DNA from: a virus
IMG/VR virus record: IMGVR_UViG_3300015371_000015
Span: 1 to 64,000 of that record
Reading direction: 5' to 3' (one strand)
Length of the DNA stretch: 64,000 nt
Shown here piece after piece: positions 62,292 to 64,000 of this stretch. The notes below the pieces were generated by a model. The model worked only from the letters and a program-made list of their open reading frames with translations. It was not told the DNA's origin and did not search any database. Both the position numbers and the translations under genes were made by a program. How positions within the stretch are numbered: the stretch's first letter is position 1; the number at the start of each line of letters is the position of its first letter.

Positions 62292-62486
62292 ATGACCAAG
62301 ATCGTTGCTTTCTGCCTGATCCTTGCCGCCCTCGTCATGGGCACCCGCTACGTCAACGAAGTGGTCGACCAGTACAACACGCTGTCCCCGACCGCCAAGA
62401 TCTACACGTACACGTGGTGCCAGAGTGACATCGGCGTCAAGGACTTGCAGGACCACATCGACTGCGCCATCCTCAACGTCCTCTGA
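62292..62486 (+). CDS. small membrane/secreted protein (cassette)
   Basis: promoter repeat, RBS, hairpin. Confidence 0.7.
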   Translation: MTKIVAFCLILAALVMGTRYVNEVVDQYNTLSPTAKIYTYTWCQSDIGVKDLQDHIDCAILNVL

Positions 62487-62605
62487 TCCATCCAAGCCCG
62501 CCCCGTTTCCACAAGGGGTTAGGGTTTCGCAACTGCTTATATTTTTGCCTTCGCGGTGCTAACAACGGCTTAAATGAGACTATCCCATCTACCAAGGAGA
62601 CAACT

Positions 62606-62869
62606 ATGTTGCCCTACGAGATCAAGCCCTTCGCCGACCACCACAGAGAAGAGCTGGAGAAGGTACACAAGTTCCTTGACCTCATCCACCAGTCCTTCAC
62701 GTCAAACGTCGTTGGCATCAGCGCCGAAGACGTACTGGCTGAGATGGACCGAGTTCAGAACGCTCGTGAAGCCCTTCGCCGGTTCGAGATCTGCATGGCA
62801 GACGAAGTCCAGCAGAAGATCCGCATGCGCGACCGCTGGTTCGAAGCCACTGGCAAGAACAAGCCGTAG
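62606..62869 (+). CDS. hypothetical protein (cassette)
   Basis: promoter repeat, RBS, hairpin. Confidence 0.7.
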   Translation: MLPYEIKPFADHHREELEKVHKFLDLIHQSFTSNVVGISAEDVLAEMDRVQNAREALRRFEICMADEVQQKIRMRDRWFEATGKNKP

Positions 62870-62953
62870 CCTCAGACCCGCCCCTATATTCTAGGGGTTA
62901 GGGTTTCGCGAGTGAAACACCGCCTTAAGTGAGACCCTATCTAAGGAGACACC

Positions 62954-63124
62954 ATGCCTACACCCAAAGTGCACTGGCGTTGTGCCAACGTCGATGAACC
63001 CACGTGCATCATTCCCAATCCAAATCGGGAATACATCACGACGGACGACCCGACGAAGGTCACTTGCAAGAAGTGCATCAACGGCATATTCTTCCCGAAC
63101 CACAGGGAGATTCGAAATTACTGA
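62954..63124 (+). CDS. 56-aa putative zinc-finger protein (cassette, not in ORF track)
   Basis: promoter repeat, AAGGAG RBS; VH....C...VTCKKC. Confidence 0.65.
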   Translation: MPTPKVHWRCANVDEPTCIIPNPNREYITTDDPTKVTCKKCINGIFFPNHREIRNY

Positions 63125-63213
63125 GCTAGGCCCTTTCGAGGGCTTAGTTTTTGCTCTCTGATCGCGTAGGAAACAATGCATATAATGACACCTACACCAT
63201 TCAGGAGACCACA

Positions 63214-63429
63214 ATGTTCAACGACGTTTGCGGTAACTGGACCGTCTACCACAGCCTCGCCGTTTCGCTCTTCGTCGGAATGAGCATCTTCACCGGTAGC
63301 AGTGTGCTGATCGCCATCAACGAATGGCTCGCACGCCGCGCCGACAAGAAGCTCGCCAAGAAGAACGAGCAGCAGCCCGTGGTCGTCGACCCCGACACCG
63401 CCTACAACCACGCCATTCACGGCATCTGA
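63214..63429 (+). CDS. small membrane protein (cassette)
   Basis: promoter repeat, RBS, hairpin. Confidence 0.7.
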   Translation: MFNDVCGNWTVYHSLAVSLFVGMSIFTGSSVLIAINEWLARRADKKLAKKNEQQPVVVDPDTAYNHAIHGI

Positions 63430-63522
63430 CATGTAGACAACCCGCCCCAGCATATCTAGGGGTTAGGGTTTCGCGTAGGTAACAACTCCTTAAATGAGAT
63501 ACCCATCCATAAGGAGAAGCCA

Positions 63523-63741
63523 ATGAACATCTTCGACCTCTTCATCGCCTACATCCAGCTACTGAGCCACGTGTTCCCGTACGCCGTCGTGTTCTGCCTG
63601 GGGTACTTCTTCTGCGACCACCAGTCCAAGAAGCAGTCCCGCCAGAGCAAGCGCCACGCCGTCGACGCATACGTCGCACAGTTCCCGGCTGTCAGCCGCC
63701 GAGAAGCCAAGAAGCTCATCACGTCCGACCCCATCCAGTAG
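63523..63741 (+). CDS. small membrane protein (cassette)
   Basis: promoter repeat, RBS, hairpin. Confidence 0.7.
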   Translation: MNIFDLFIAYIQLLSHVFPYAVVFCLGYFFCDHQSKKQSRQSKRHAVDAYVAQFPAVSRREAKKLITSDPIQ

Positions 63742-63845
63742 TACCTCAGCCCTGCCCCAGCATTTCTAGGGGTTAGGGTTTAGTCTCCTCGCGGAGGGAA
63801 CAACTCATATAATGAGATCCCATCCATTCTACGAAGGAGACCACA

Positions 63846-63998
63846 ATGACACGCACGACCATTCGCACCGTCGGTCGTGGCGCCAGCCAAGTGATCACCG
63901 GAACCGTCAAGAAGTTCCTGTGGTTCGTGCTGGGCGTCGCGCTCGCCGCTGCGTTGCTCGGAAGCCTCGTCATGGGCGTCATCATCAAGAACGTCTGA
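63846..63998 (+). CDS. 50-aa membrane protein (cassette, not in ORF track)
   Basis: promoter repeat 63789, AAGGAG RBS, C-terminal TM. Confidence 0.65.
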   Translation: MTRTTIRTVGRGASQVITGTVKKFLWFVLGVALAAALLGSLVMGVIIKNV

Positions 63999-64000
63999 TC

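Larger units (their letters stand above)
33305..63817 (+). promoter_or_regulatory. dispersed promoter-like repeat TCGCG-N5-6-AAC(A)-...-ATGAGA, 19 copies
   Basis: TCGCG starts at 33305, 33806, 34143, 34300, 34483, 36340, 37431, 39071, 41431, 53384, 56704, 57051, 61932, 62239, 62551, 62906, 63162, 63471, 63789; ATGAGA-like element about 23 nt downstream; each lies upstream of an RBS+ORF or a structured RNA. Confidence 0.85.

Noticed and set aside
34127-63781. GGGGTTAGGG as telomeric repeat or G-quadruplex
   Set aside because: Single copies, each paired with an upstream C-rich arm directly after a stop codon.
1-64000. Prophage, integrase, reverse transcriptase (retron/DGR) or RtcB ligase
   Set aside because: No ORF with recombinase, RT (YxDD) or RtcB motifs was recognised in this window; they could lie outside it.

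Overview
The window looks like most of the genome of an actinobacterial siphovirus (about 60% GC, essentially all genes on the + strand). Its gene order resembles the Arthrobacter AM/AU, Streptomyces BI, Gordonia DJ and Rhodococcus CC type phages; that assignment is by recognition, not by search. 1-33.3 kb holds lysis enzymes, HNH, many minor tail or decoration proteins, terminase, portal, a protease-capsid fusion, two major-tail paralogues, tape measure, Dit and holin. 33.3-64 kb holds small accessory genes, a primase/helicase/PolB fusion, ThyA, a sigma-like factor and SSB. No integrase, CRISPR array or rRNA is visible. The most unusual part is RNA-centred. A Ro60/TROVE gene (54776-56548) is flanked by seven Y-RNA-like units that share a covarying double-helix scaffold but carry different inserts: circularly permuted tRNAs and isolated canonical anticodon stem-loops (Glu-CUC twice, Arg-GCG, Ser-GCU). 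A DUF4258-like putative RNase sits inside this array, and about 800 nt of ORF-poor structured sequence lies upstream. Nineteen copies of a fixed-spacing TCGCG-N5-6-AAC-...-ATGAGA motif head single-gene cassettes, five of which appear to encode small structured RNAs rather than proteins, including one with four repeated AUUGC-loop hairpins. All RNA structures and counts were derived by eye.
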